A stretch of DNA of 64,000 nucleotides from Trichormus sp. ATA11-4-KO1 (lineage in GTDB: Bacteria > Cyanobacteriota > Cyanobacteriia > Cyanobacteriales > Nostocaceae), in assembly GCA_019358915.1 (NCBI GenBank), contig JAHHIM010000011.1:1-64000 (forward strand). Reading direction: 5' to 3'. The notes beneath the pieces are model-generated. The model saw nothing but the letters and a program-made list of their open reading frames with translations, was not told the DNA's origin and made no database searches. Shown here in pieces: positions 1-9,582 of this stretch (within the stretch, counting starts at the first letter, position 1; each line of letters begins with the position of its first letter). The position numbers and the translations under genes were made by a program.

Positions 1-178
1 TTGGTATGAATTGCAAAGGAACTTATTCACTTTGGTTGTGCGTGATTACATTGTAGAAAATCTTACCAATACTTGTGCTGCTTAATACACATGAATGGAA
101 TTTTTTGTCAATGCGTAACTCCTAGATATTTACATACCTTGTATAGAAAAATGTCGGCAACAAAAAGATAGTATAAAA

Positions 179-880
179 ATGCATCAAATTCTGGATCATG
201 GTGTAGCGGTACTAAATAACGAAACAGAATGTGACTGGTACATTGCTTTCTATGGTGGACACCATTTTCATAAGCTTCATGCAGCTTTTGACTCAACTAA
301 CTTTCCATACACTGAGGGGAAAAACATAGAAATTATCGATTGGGGATGCGGTCAAGCACTGGCAACTTGTGTTTTGATTGACTATCTTATTAAAAACTGC
401 ATAAAACCTAATGTAGTATTAATTACACTTATAGAACCATCTTCGATAGCACTACAACGTGGGTGCAATTTTATTCACCAAATGTTCCAAAATGATATTT
501 CTGTCATTCCTATAATAAGAACTATCAACAAGTATATCGGTGATCTAACAACTAGCGATTTAGCTTCAGAGCCAGACACTATCAAAATTCACTTATTTTC
601 AAATATAATTGATGTAGAAACAATCAATTTAAATAAACTGTATAAATTGATGATTAATTCTTTTAAAGGTTTAAACCGGATTATTTGTACAAGTCCAAAT
701 AATAATCGGCAACATAGACTACATAATTTTTACAACTTGTTTTCACAATCTTGTCAAGTTAATAACTCAATAAGCTCAAATGAAGAAATTTTAGGAGAGA
801 TTTTTTACTTCAAGAATCAAAGATATGAAACACTGAAAATAGGTAGATGTGAGAAACAATTTACTGTCAATTTAACGTAG
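179..880 (+). CDS. Hypothetical protein with SAM-dependent methyltransferase-like motif
   Basis: 233-aa ORF; IIDWGCGQA resembles SAM-binding motif I; AT-rich DNA with no HIP1 site seen. Confidence 0.55.
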   Translation: MHQILDHGVAVLNNETECDWYIAFYGGHHFHKLHAAFDSTNFPYTEGKNIEIIDWGCGQALATCVLIDYLIKNCIKPNVVLITLIEPSSIALQRGCNFIHQMFQNDISVIPIIRTINKYIGDLTTSDLASEPDTIKIHLFSNIIDVETINLNKLYKLMINSFKGLNRIICTSPNNNRQHRLHNFYNLFSQSCQVNNSISSNEEILGEIFYFKNQRYETLKIGRCEKQFTVNLT

Positions 881-899
881 CATTGAGGAATAAATTTTT

Positions 900-1577
900 A
901 TGAAAAGTAAAGCTTTGACAAATTTTGTTCAGGGAGACTTATTCTCCGGTTTCAGTTCTGTTAGCGATGAAGAAACTAATCAGACATCGGGAGAAGCATT
1001 ATCTATGCCAGATGCAGAAGTTACTTTTTATCGCAGTTTCTTCAGTAAGCAAGAGAGTAATGAACTTTTTCGAGTTCTGCGTGATGAAATCCATTGGCGA
1101 CAAGACAGAATGATTGTCTATGGAAAGGAAGTAGATTTGCCGAGAAAGACTGCTTGGTATGGAGATAAAGACAACTCATATACATTCTCTGGTATTCATC
1201 TTGAGCCAGAGCCTTGGACACCAAGTTTGCTAAAAGTAAAAGAGCGAATTGAGAAGATGGCAGAAGTGAAATTTAATAGCGTTTTGCTTAATCTGTACCG
1301 TGATGGAAATGATGGAATCTCTTGGCATACTGATGCTGAGAAAGAATTAGGTAAAAATCCTGTAATAGCTTCTGTTAGCTTTGGTGGCGCTAGGAGATTC
1401 ATGTTCAGACACAAGCACAACAGAGATTTAAAAACTGAAGTTGAGTTGACACATGGTAGTTTTCTTCTAATGGCTGGTGCAACACAGCATTTCTGGCAGC
1501 ATCAAATACCAAAAACATCGAAGAAAGTTGAACCTAGAATTAATTTAACTTTCAGAGTAATTGTTGCTGTCAGCTAA
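900..1577 (+). CDS. AlkB-family 2OG-Fe(II) dioxygenase (ALKBH2/3-like)
   Basis: LNLYRDGNDGISWHTD (HxD), WQHQIPK, RINLTFR motifs. Confidence 0.9.
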   Translation: MKSKALTNFVQGDLFSGFSSVSDEETNQTSGEALSMPDAEVTFYRSFFSKQESNELFRVLRDEIHWRQDRMIVYGKEVDLPRKTAWYGDKDNSYTFSGIHLEPEPWTPSLLKVKERIEKMAEVKFNSVLLNLYRDGNDGISWHTDAEKELGKNPVIASVSFGGARRFMFRHKHNRDLKTEVELTHGSFLLMAGATQHFWQHQIPKTSKKVEPRINLTFRVIVAVS

Positions 1578-1667
1578 GGCTATACTTTCATTATCTTTAA
1601 ATAGTAGATTGAATTTTAGCCTTAGTCGTTTAATCAACTTTGCTTGTCCCAGTCGGTATATAACTTG

Positions 1668-2324
1668 TTAAAAATTATATTGGCGATCGCGTACCCACAA
1701 ACTTAAAGGTACGGCGTTACCTTGAGGATTAACTTTCACTTCTACTACTATGGGTTGCGGTTGTCCTGGTTTGATGGGTCTGGCTGTGGAAATATCATTG
1801 TTAATCTCGTTACGTTGGTCTTCTGGGATGTAATAAGTTTCTAAACCGTAGGAAATTGAGTTATGGTAGCTGCTATAAAAGCCTTTTAAGGCAATTTGAT
1901 TGGCATTAAGAGACGTTGGTAATTCGCCGCTTACTCTCATAGGTTTCCAAGCTTGGGGAACCTCACCAGTAGATTTTTGCTCTTCTAAAATCACGTATAA
2001 GCTAGTTCCTGTTGCTAAAGTGGCGTATTGTTGATTATTCGCCGGATCAAATTCTTTGTTGGGACTCGGATATTGTTTGACTAATTCTGTCCAGCCGGGA
2101 AGTTTTCTTAAATTGCTGGTACGGGAAATTTCATAATCGAGGATGACTGAGTAACCGCGTAGCAAATCATAAGGATCTACAGGTACTGTTTGTAAGACGG
2201 CTGTTTTACCTGTTATCAGGGTGTAAACTGCCTGTGCTGGTGCTGCTAAAATAAATCCTGCTTGAATTAGCAAAGGAACTAGAAATCGCCAAAGGGATAA
2301 GGGTTTTTCTGGGTTGGTTTCCAT
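1668..2324 (-). CDS. GDYXXLXY-domain membrane-anchored protein
   Basis: N-terminal TM; PVDPYDLLRGYSVILDY motif; YGLETYYIPE; typical partner of DUF2157. Confidence 0.8.
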   Translation of the reverse strand: METNPEKPLSLWRFLVPLLIQAGFILAAPAQAVYTLITGKTAVLQTVPVDPYDLLRGYSVILDYEISRTSNLRKLPGWTELVKQYPSPNKEFDPANNQQYATLATGTSLYVILEEQKSTGEVPQAWKPMRVSGELPTSLNANQIALKGFYSSYHNSISYGLETYYIPEDQRNEINNDISTARPIKPGQPQPIVVEVKVNPQGNAVPLSLWVRDRQYNF

Positions 2325-2359
2325 GTTGATGTCTTAAGTGAAAATTAAACGCAAAGGTT

Positions 2360-3802
2360 TTATGAGTGGTGAGTTTCGGATGATGTGTCTGGGAGAGTGG
2401 ATAAATAGCGTTCAAACCACAGTCCGGCGAGAATTACTGCAACACCACACAAGATAAAGACTAGGGATTTGAATAGTAAGGCGGTGTCGTACTCTAGCAT
2501 CCGGCTGATGATTTGTAATGCTAGTAAAACTATGCCACCCCAAAAGGCGCGTCTTTGCCCTAATTCCAGTGCATCGCGAATCAGTCCACACGCAAAGACT
2601 GCCAAGAGGACATTAAAAGCAAAGATGGCAATGACAGGAATGGGGGTGATGGCTTGATGTATAAAGATGACTGAGGCAGTGATGACTATCAAGCCGCCAA
2701 TTACTATATTCTTGATATCTCTTCCTTGCTGTTGGCGGTTGTGGGTTGAGCGTAGTAAATGCCACCATTGCCATAATGCTAAAACTGTGAAAATAATTAC
2801 ATCTATTAAGGGTGACCAGTTGGCTAGAGTTGTGTTTCTTAGGTCAGTTTCGTAACCCACTCTACGCATTTCCCACCACCACCGGAAAGATAAGATGTAA
2901 AAGATGATGCTGAAATATGTTAAGGCTAGTGACTGGGCAAAGGGTTGAAATTTTCTAGAATTGATTTGCCTAAATAGTCGGTCATCGTAACTCCACAATA
3001 ATGCTGGAAGAAGGGCAAAGGCCGCGATCGCCAACCAAGGCGGTGCATCGGTGTATGTGATAACTTGCAATGACCTGAGATGGAATTGCCAGGATATCAC
3101 AAAGGCGATCGCGGTAATTCTAAAAATTCCCAGGGAACGACACCAGTAAGCTAAAGGAATAAATAATATAGTTATGACTACAGGCATATGTTCTATCATT
3201 AGTCGTCCCCATGTCCACTCGTTTCGGGGAACGTACCAATCAAACACTCCCACCAAATACCCTATGACTATCAAAATTAGGGAAAGAATACTTAAGGAAG
3301 TTAAGCGCAGACTGTAAGCCATGAATAACACAGCCAAACCCCAGCCTAAAAATAGTTGGTAACTGGAACCGCCAATATGGAACATCTGGGACAACAGCGC
3401 CATGTTGGCCCCTATAGTCAACGCGCCTAGTAGTAACAAGCCTTCTCCCAGAACCCTTTGGCGGCGTTTTCTGTCTCTGGAGGATGTATTACTTATGGAT
3501 GGTTTCCACAAGCTAAAACCGACAATATTAGTTAATAAAAATACACTTAACAGCAGTGTTAATTTGACTTCTCGGCTCCAAGCTTGCCAGTTGGCAGCCA
3601 CAAAGGTAATTACACCCAAGCCTAATAATATCGCACCGACGGCGATCAAGATAAATACAAAGCGATCGCGAGCCGTGGTTTCTAAACTATTAAATTGATA
3701 TTTTTGTGCTAGTTGTTGGTATAAACCGCTATCAATAAGCCCTTCATCTTGCCATAGTTGCGCTTCTTTACGCAACTGGCGGCGAAAATTATCAAATAAC
3801 AT
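2360..3802 (-). CDS. DUF2157-domain multi-pass membrane protein
   Basis: W..EGLI N-terminus, GLGVITFVAANW motif, many TM helices. Confidence 0.85.
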   Translation of the reverse strand: MLFDNFRRQLRKEAQLWQDEGLIDSGLYQQLAQKYQFNSLETTARDRFVFILIAVGAILLGLGVITFVAANWQAWSREVKLTLLLSVFLLTNIVGFSLWKPSISNTSSRDRKRRQRVLGEGLLLLGALTIGANMALLSQMFHIGGSSYQLFLGWGLAVLFMAYSLRLTSLSILSLILIVIGYLVGVFDWYVPRNEWTWGRLMIEHMPVVITILFIPLAYWCRSLGIFRITAIAFVISWQFHLRSLQVITYTDAPPWLAIAAFALLPALLWSYDDRLFRQINSRKFQPFAQSLALTYFSIIFYILSFRWWWEMRRVGYETDLRNTTLANWSPLIDVIIFTVLALWQWWHLLRSTHNRQQQGRDIKNIVIGGLIVITASVIFIHQAITPIPVIAIFAFNVLLAVFACGLIRDALELGQRRAFWGGIVLLALQIISRMLEYDTALLFKSLVFILCGVAVILAGLWFERYLSTLPDTSSETHHS

Positions 3803-3861
3803 AACCTTCCTGAGATAGGTGTACTTCAGATATGGAAAATGTTCAAATTGTCAAGTAAAAG

Positions 3862-4073
3862 TAGGAGTTACGCATAAGTTACGGAAGAATCAAACCGCAG
3901 AGGCACAGAGGAGCCATTGCGTTGCGCGGGTTCCCCGCGTTGTAGCAAATGGCGTAACACGGAGGAATGAGAGTTAGAGTGGTCACTGAGCGGTTTGAGT
4001 GACTTGTACTGAGCCTTGTCGAAGTAGCCTTCGCCGAACTCTTGTCGAAGTGAAGTATTTTACGTAAGTCCTT
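3862..4073. mobile_element. Composite MITE-like element with nested small dispersed repeats
   Basis: Imperfect terminal IRs TAGGAGTTACGCA / TACGTAAGTCCT; internal hairpin insert 3911-3955 and ACTGAGC...GTCGAAGT units. Confidence 0.6.
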
Positions 4074-4321
4074 AAAAGATAACTATCCAAACATATAGCG
4101 ATTCTTGTTTTCCCCACAAGTTGATTTTCCTGACTACAACTTACATATTATGAATTACGTAAGCGTCAAACCTGCGGGTAAAGCTATTGTGCGAGTTCTC
4201 CCATTACCCGCAGGGGATGTTGATTCTTCTTGACTTGTTACCCCTACCAAGATGTCAAAATTGAATTCTGGTATAGATTGGAGATAAGCTTGCCACTGGA
4301 AAAACTGGCTCAAAAATCAGG

Positions 4322-6607
4322 ATGGTTATTATGAAGCGCAAAAATCAAGTTATCCTTACCTTAGTATTGAAAAGCGCTATTGTCTTTTCGCCCTTGTTGC
4401 TGTCTGCTGGTATTACTAATGGACAAACTAAACCATCCGTTTCTACAGAACTGAATACTGCTCAGGTAATAGCTAGTCCACAGCAGCAAGAATTGGCGCA
4501 ACTGCCTACAGCACAACTCACACAAGAACAAGTCCCATCTGATTTGGAACGTGCTTTTAATCGTACAACTATCCTGTTTAATGTTTGGTTAGTCATATTA
4601 AGTTTATTTCCTGTCGCCGTGATTGCTTTAATTTGGCTATTACGACGGGTAGCAATTCGGGAAATTGTCAATAGAGCAATGGCAGAGCTACAGGGAATGG
4701 AAAATCTGCAAAATCAGCTAACCATTGTTAAACAAGATGCCGAAAATCTGATTCAAGAATCAAAAAAGATAAATCACCAATTAGCAAAAGAAGTTGATAC
4801 TTTACAACAAAATATCAAAAATGAACAACAAAGTTTAGCTAATTTAAAATCAGAATTATTACAGTCAAAAGATAATATATTATCAGGATTAGAAACAGAA
4901 GTAAAAAAGATTCAACAGAATTTAGAATCGGAATTTGCCACGCACCTATTACAATTACAAATAGAGGCTCAACATAAGAAGGATGTCACACTGGAAAATC
5001 TCGGAAAATTAGCATCTGAGCTTGGCGAGCAATTATCTAAATTACAAGTAGATGCTACACAACAAAAGAATATAGCTATTGAAAATTTAGAAACTTCTAG
5101 AAATGAATTTGTTGCTCAACTTTCAAACTTATATTCTGATACTCAGCAGCAAAAAAGTAACGTTCTTGAGAGTTTGGGAAATTTACAGATAGATGCTCAA
5201 CAACAAAAAGATAGAACTCTAGAAAATATCAGAGAATTAGAAAATCTATTACAGTCGCAAATATCAGAATTACAATCTGAGATTGAGCAACAAAAGAATA
5301 ATATTTTTGCAGGTTTGGGAAGCTTACAAGTAGAAGCGCAACAACAAAAAGATGTAACTCTAGAAAATATCAGAGAATTAGAAAATCTATTACAATCGCA
5401 AATATCAGAATTACAATCTGAGATTGAGCAACAAAAGAATAATATTTTTGCAGGTTTGGGAAGCTTACAAGTAGAAGCGCAACAACAAAAAGATGTAACT
5501 CTAGAAAATATCAGAGGGTTAGAAAATTCATTTAAATCTGAGGCTCAACAACAAAAAGATAGTATTTTTGATAATTTAGCAAAATACCAGTCAGAATTTG
5601 TCTCTCAATTATCCGCATTACAGATAGATGCTCAAAACCAGAAAGAGCAAATCCTGGAAAATTTAGAAAAATCAGGTTTAGAGTTTGTTTCGCAATTTTC
5701 GGAATTACAATCGAATGCGCAACAACAAAAGCTGCTGATTCTGGAAAAGCTAGAAAAGCTAGAGACGGATTTTGTCTCTCAACTGTCTGAATTACAGTTA
5801 GATGCTCAACAACGCAAGGATTTGATCTTACAAGAATTGTCTGAGATTGAGCCGCCATCTCTTCCGCAAACAGAAACAACTCAATCACCGCAACCACAAC
5901 CAGAAGTGTTAGCAGATGATTACCTACAAAAAGCAGATGAGCTATTTGCTCAAAGAAAATACGAAGCGGCGATCGCAGTTTATGATCAAGCAGTGAAAAT
6001 CCAGCCTGATGAGCCTATTGCTTGGTTAAAACGCGGTTTAACTTTAAGTAGATTAAAACGTTATCAAGATGCGATCGCTGCCTATGATCGAGCCATTGCC
6101 ATTCAACCTGATTATCATCAAGCTTGGTGCGATCGCGGTGTGGCTTTTGGTAGTTTACGACAACATCAACAAGCTTTCGCTTCTTTTGATCAAGCGACGC
6201 AAGTTAAGCCTGATGATCCAGTTGCTTGGTTAAATCGTGGTCTTTCTCTCATAGAATTGGAACGCTACGAAGATGCGATCGCTAGTTTTGATCAAGCAAT
6301 CGCAATTAATCCTAATTCCGCTAAAGTTTGGGATAAACGCGGTTATGCTTTAGTGAGACTGGGAGAAGATGATGCTGCGATCGCTAGTTTTGACAAGGCA
6401 CTAGAACTTAATCCTGACTACGCTAGCGCCTACTACAATAAAGCAGCTTGTTATGCCCTACAAAGACAACTTAAATTAGCTCTAGCAAATCTCCAACAAG
6501 CAATTCAACTGAATCCCAGATATCAAGAAGATGCGGCAACTGACATTGATTTTGATGAAATTGCCGATGATAAAAGCTTTAGGGAAATCATCGTTCATGG
6601 TTTGTAG
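4322..6607 (+). CDS. Membrane-anchored coiled-coil protein with C-terminal TPR repeats
   Basis: Signal-like N-terminus, TM helix, long Q/E/L-rich repeats, several TPRs (AW..RG..L..L.RY.DAIA.FD.A). Confidence 0.85.
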   Translation: MVIMKRKNQVILTLVLKSAIVFSPLLLSAGITNGQTKPSVSTELNTAQVIASPQQQELAQLPTAQLTQEQVPSDLERAFNRTTILFNVWLVILSLFPVAVIALIWLLRRVAIREIVNRAMAELQGMENLQNQLTIVKQDAENLIQESKKINHQLAKEVDTLQQNIKNEQQSLANLKSELLQSKDNILSGLETEVKKIQQNLESEFATHLLQLQIEAQHKKDVTLENLGKLASELGEQLSKLQVDATQQKNIAIENLETSRNEFVAQLSNLYSDTQQQKSNVLESLGNLQIDAQQQKDRTLENIRELENLLQSQISELQSEIEQQKNNIFAGLGSLQVEAQQQKDVTLENIRELENLLQSQISELQSEIEQQKNNIFAGLGSLQVEAQQQKDVTLENIRGLENSFKSEAQQQKDSIFDNLAKYQSEFVSQLSALQIDAQNQKEQILENLEKSGLEFVSQFSELQSNAQQQKLLILEKLEKLETDFVSQLSELQLDAQQRKDLILQELSEIEPPSLPQTETTQSPQPQPEVLADDYLQKADELFAQRKYEAAIAVYDQAVKIQPDEPIAWLKRGLTLSRLKRYQDAIAAYDRAIAIQPDYHQAWCDRGVAFGSLRQHQQAFASFDQATQVKPDDPVAWLNRGLSLIELERYEDAIASFDQAIAINPNSAKVWDKRGYALVRLGEDDAAIASFDKALELNPDYASAYYNKAACYALQRQLKLALANLQQAIQLNPRYQEDAATDIDFDEIADDKSFREIIVHGL
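5216..5516 (+). repeat. 141-bp near-perfect in-frame tandem duplication (47 aa)
   Basis: Copies start at 5216, 5357 and (partial) 5498; one mismatch seen between the full copies. Confidence 0.9.
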
Positions 6608-6659
6608 TGAGTGCTTCAGCGCTGAAGATAAACTTAAGGGGGCTAGAGCCGCTCACTAC
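6604..6659. repeat. Short palindromic intergenic repeat (GTAGTGAG...CTCACTAC)
   Basis: Inverted ends between convergent genes; related half-copy near 55320-55343. Confidence 0.5.
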
Positions 6660-6664
6660 GAACT

Positions 6665-8281
6665 TTAACCAGTCACAGTAGCGGAGGACTGCAAAACTTC
6701 ATTTTTTGTCTGTAAGTACCAATAAAGGCGATTTATGGCGTTGATGTAGGCATAAGCTGCGGCTACTACGATATCTGTATCAGATGCTTGTCCAGAGAAT
6801 ATCCGCTCCTGGTATTCCAAACGAATTGTTACGGTTCCCAGTGCATCAATACCGCCTGTCACAGATTGCACTGAAAACTCGATCAGTTGATTAGGAATCT
6901 GCACTAATCGATTAATTGCTTGATATACGGCATCCACCGGGCCTGTCCCAACACTAGCATCTGTGAGAATTTTGCCATCGGGGGTAACAATGGTTATGGT
7001 TGCAGTAGGACAAGTGCAATCACCACAAATTACCTGGACGTGTTCGAGTTGATAACCGCTTTCTACTTGAATCTGCATTTCATCACGAACGATCGCCTCT
7101 AAGTCCCAATCGGAAATTTCTTTTTTCTTGTCGGCGACTTCCTTAAAGCGATTAAAGGCTTTATTCAAGTCTGCTTCGTTCAGTTCAAATCCCAATTCTT
7201 TCAGCCTAGTGCGGAAGGCATTTCTTCCAGAATGCTTACCTAAAACAATGCGATTTTCCGGCAAACCTATTGAGCCGGCTTCCATAATTTCGTAGGTTTG
7301 GCGGTGCTTGAGAATGCCATCTTGATGAATTCCCGACTCATGAGCGAAAGCATTTGCCCCCACGATCGCCTTATTAGGTTGAATCAGCATTCCTGTTAAT
7401 TGAGAAACCAAACAAGAGGTTTTATAAATTTCCTGGGTTTTAATGTTAGTCAAAGGTGCATCAGCATCAACTGCACGGCCAAAGTAAGGATTAAAAAACG
7501 GTTTGCGCACCTGCAAGGCCATGACAATTTCTTCTAATGCGGCATTACCTGCACGTTCACCGATACCGTTAATTGTACACTCCACCTGACGCACACCATG
7601 TTCAATGGCTGCCAAGGCATTGGCTGTAGCTAAACCCAAATCATTTTGGGTGTGAATGGAAAGAATTGCTTGGTGAATATTGGGAACATGTTCGCGAATT
7701 CCAGCAATTAAAATACCAATTTCTTTGGGTGTGCAGTAACCAACTGTGTCAGGAATATTAATTGTTGTTGCACCAGCCGCGATCGCCTGTTGCAAAACCT
7801 CATACAAAAACTCTCTATCAGTCCGGCTAGCATCCATTGGCGAAAATTCTACATCATCCACAAACGATTTAGCATAAGCAACCATTTCTGAGGCGATCGC
7901 TAATACTTCGCTCCGGGATTTTTTCAACTGATATTGCAGATGAATATCAGAAGTAGAAATCATTGTATGAATTCGCGGATGAGCCGCAGGTTTCAAGGCT
8001 TCGGCAGCTGCTTGAATATCTTGGCGTGTGGCTCTAGCTAAACTACAAATGATCGGGCCACCCTGTATCCCGACTTGCTCCGAAATGGTTTTTACAGCTG
8101 CAAAATCACCCGGACTAGCAACAGCAAAACCCGCTTCAATCACATCAACTCCTAAAAGAGCCAGTTGATGAGCGATCGCTAGCTTTTCTTCTACATTCAA
8201 GGTTGCGCCTGGTGATTGTTCGCCATCTCGTAGGGTGGTGTCGAAGATAATAACTCGGTCTGCTGGAGATCCCATGCTCAT
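6665..8281 (-). CDS. leuA: 2-isopropylmalate synthase-like protein (LeuA paralog, atypical active site)
   Basis: [29 protein letters not shown]-terminal regulatory domain (GTGPVDA); HxH motif reads HTQ. Confidence 0.8.
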   Translation of the reverse strand: MSMGSPADRVIIFDTTLRDGEQSPGATLNVEEKLAIAHQLALLGVDVIEAGFAVASPGDFAAVKTISEQVGIQGGPIICSLARATRQDIQAAAEALKPAAHPRIHTMISTSDIHLQYQLKKSRSEVLAIASEMVAYAKSFVDDVEFSPMDASRTDREFLYEVLQQAIAAGATTINIPDTVGYCTPKEIGILIAGIREHVPNIHQAILSIHTQNDLGLATANALAAIEHGVRQVECTINGIGERAGNAALEEIVMALQVRKPFFNPYFGRAVDADAPLTNIKTQEIYKTSCLVSQLTGMLIQPNKAIVGANAFAHESGIHQDGILKHRQTYEIMEAGSIGLPENRIVLGKHSGRNAFRTRLKELGFELNEADLNKAFNRFKEVADKKKEISDWDLEAIVRDEMQIQVESGYQLEHVQVICGDCTCPTATITIVTPDGKILTDASVGTGPVDAVYQAINRLVQIPNQLIEFSVQSVTGGIDALGTVTIRLEYQERIFSGQASDTDIVVAAAYAYINAINRLYWYLQTKNEVLQSSATVTG

Positions 8282-8329
8282 AACTGTCTCCCGTAGGATT
8301 ACAAAAATTGTCAGTCAAGACTACTTTGG

Positions 8330-8360
8330 ATATTGTATACGATTTTTTTGTATACAATAT
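8330..8360. promoter_or_regulatory. Probable GntR/FadR operator (11-bp inverted repeat)
   Basis: ATATTGTATAC-N9-GTATACAATAT in the 84-bp gap between divergent leuA-like and GntR genes. Confidence 0.7.
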
Positions 8361-8365
8361 AAATT

Positions 8366-9034
8366 ATGAACTTAAATGACTTAGCAGCCAACGTGCTGCA
8401 AAAACAACGCAGTACCCCAGATTTAATTGCCGATGCATTGCGAGAAGCAATTATGCAGGGGATTTTTCAGGAAGGACAATCTCTCCGACAGGATGAAATC
8501 GCTACTCAGTTTGGTGTTAGCCGCATTCCTGTACGAGAAGCACTCAAGCAGCTAGAAGCAGAAGGACTGGTGACCCTGCATCTCAATCGCGGTGCCATGG
8601 TTTCGGTATTAACAGCCGCCGCAGCGCAAGAAATCTGTGAAATTCGCAGCGCCTTAGAAGTGAAAGCGATGCAGTTAGCAATACCCAAGTTAAAAGAATT
8701 AGATATAGAAAAAGCCGCAGTAATTCTGGAAACCAGCAACCAAACCGCCGATGCAGGTCATTTAGCAAAACTCAACTGGGAATTTCACGCCACACTCTAC
8801 GCCTCAGCCGAACGTCCGCGATTGCTGACAATGATTAAAACTTTGCACATCAATTGCGATCGCTATGTCCGTGTGCAGATGGCACAAATGGATTATCACG
8901 AACGTTCCCAAAAGGAACACTATCAAATTCTGGATGCTTGTCGGCAGCAAGATACTAAAGCGGCTGTCCGGTTACTGAAACGACACATTGACAATGCCGG
9001 GGAACAGTTAGTTGCATACTTGCAGCAAAATTGA
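8366..9034 (+). CDS. GntR-family transcriptional regulator (FCD domain)
   Basis: FGVSRIPVREAL wHTH; NWEFH and EHYQIL FCD motifs. Confidence 0.92.
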   Translation: MNLNDLAANVLQKQRSTPDLIADALREAIMQGIFQEGQSLRQDEIATQFGVSRIPVREALKQLEAEGLVTLHLNRGAMVSVLTAAAAQEICEIRSALEVKAMQLAIPKLKELDIEKAAVILETSNQTADAGHLAKLNWEFHATLYASAERPRLLTMIKTLHINCDRYVRVQMAQMDYHERSQKEHYQILDACRQQDTKAAVRLLKRHIDNAGEQLVAYLQQN

Positions 9035-9112
9035 ATCAAGTGCATGATCTGCCAGAACAGAATAGATGAAAAATTTACGCGATGCTGTCAGATATAGCTA
9101 GGCAAGCTGTTC

Positions 9113-9508
9113 ATGAAAAAACTGATCCAATATATCAAGGCGCTGATTCGACGCATTTCCCAGCAATTCTCATCTCAGCAACCTTCCCCAGCAAATTCTC
9201 GTCCGTCAGTTCCGGCTATTCCTGCCGTTTCGCCTAGGTGGGAATCTGGTTTGGTGTTTGTGTGTTCACAGTGTGCCACAGAGTTACCAAATAGAGGTGC
9301 AACTGCTGCCGAAGAATTACAAAATTGGCTAAAAACGCGGTTAAAATTTGAGGGATTGTGGGGTGAATTTCGGGTAGTTAGCACCAGTTGTTTAGGAGTT
9401 TGTCCCAATGGGCGTGTTGCTGTTATTTTCAGGAATCGCTGCTTAATCGTTGACCCCAAAAGCGATCGCGAACTTCTCTACTCACGCATCAAGCAGAAAA
9501 ATGGATAA
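9113..9508 (+). CDS. Thioredoxin-like (2Fe-2S) ferredoxin-domain protein
   Basis: VFVCSQC and TSCLGVCP cysteine motifs. Confidence 0.65.
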   Translation: MKKLIQYIKALIRRISQQFSSQQPSPANSRPSVPAIPAVSPRWESGLVFVCSQCATELPNRGATAAEELQNWLKTRLKFEGLWGEFRVVSTSCLGVCPNGRVAVIFRNRCLIVDPKSDRELLYSRIKQKNG

Positions 9509-9541
9509 TATTATTAAGGATTTGGCACTATTATTCCCTAT

Positions 9542-9571
9542 TCCCTGGTTACTGAGCGCAGTCGAAGTACA
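9542..9571 (+). repeat. Small dispersed repeat, identical inverted copy at 48000-48029
   Basis: TCCCTGGTTACTGAGCGCAGTCGAAGTACA, embedded in an ATTCCCC-type tract. Confidence 0.85.
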
Positions 9572-9582
9572 TTCCCCATTCC

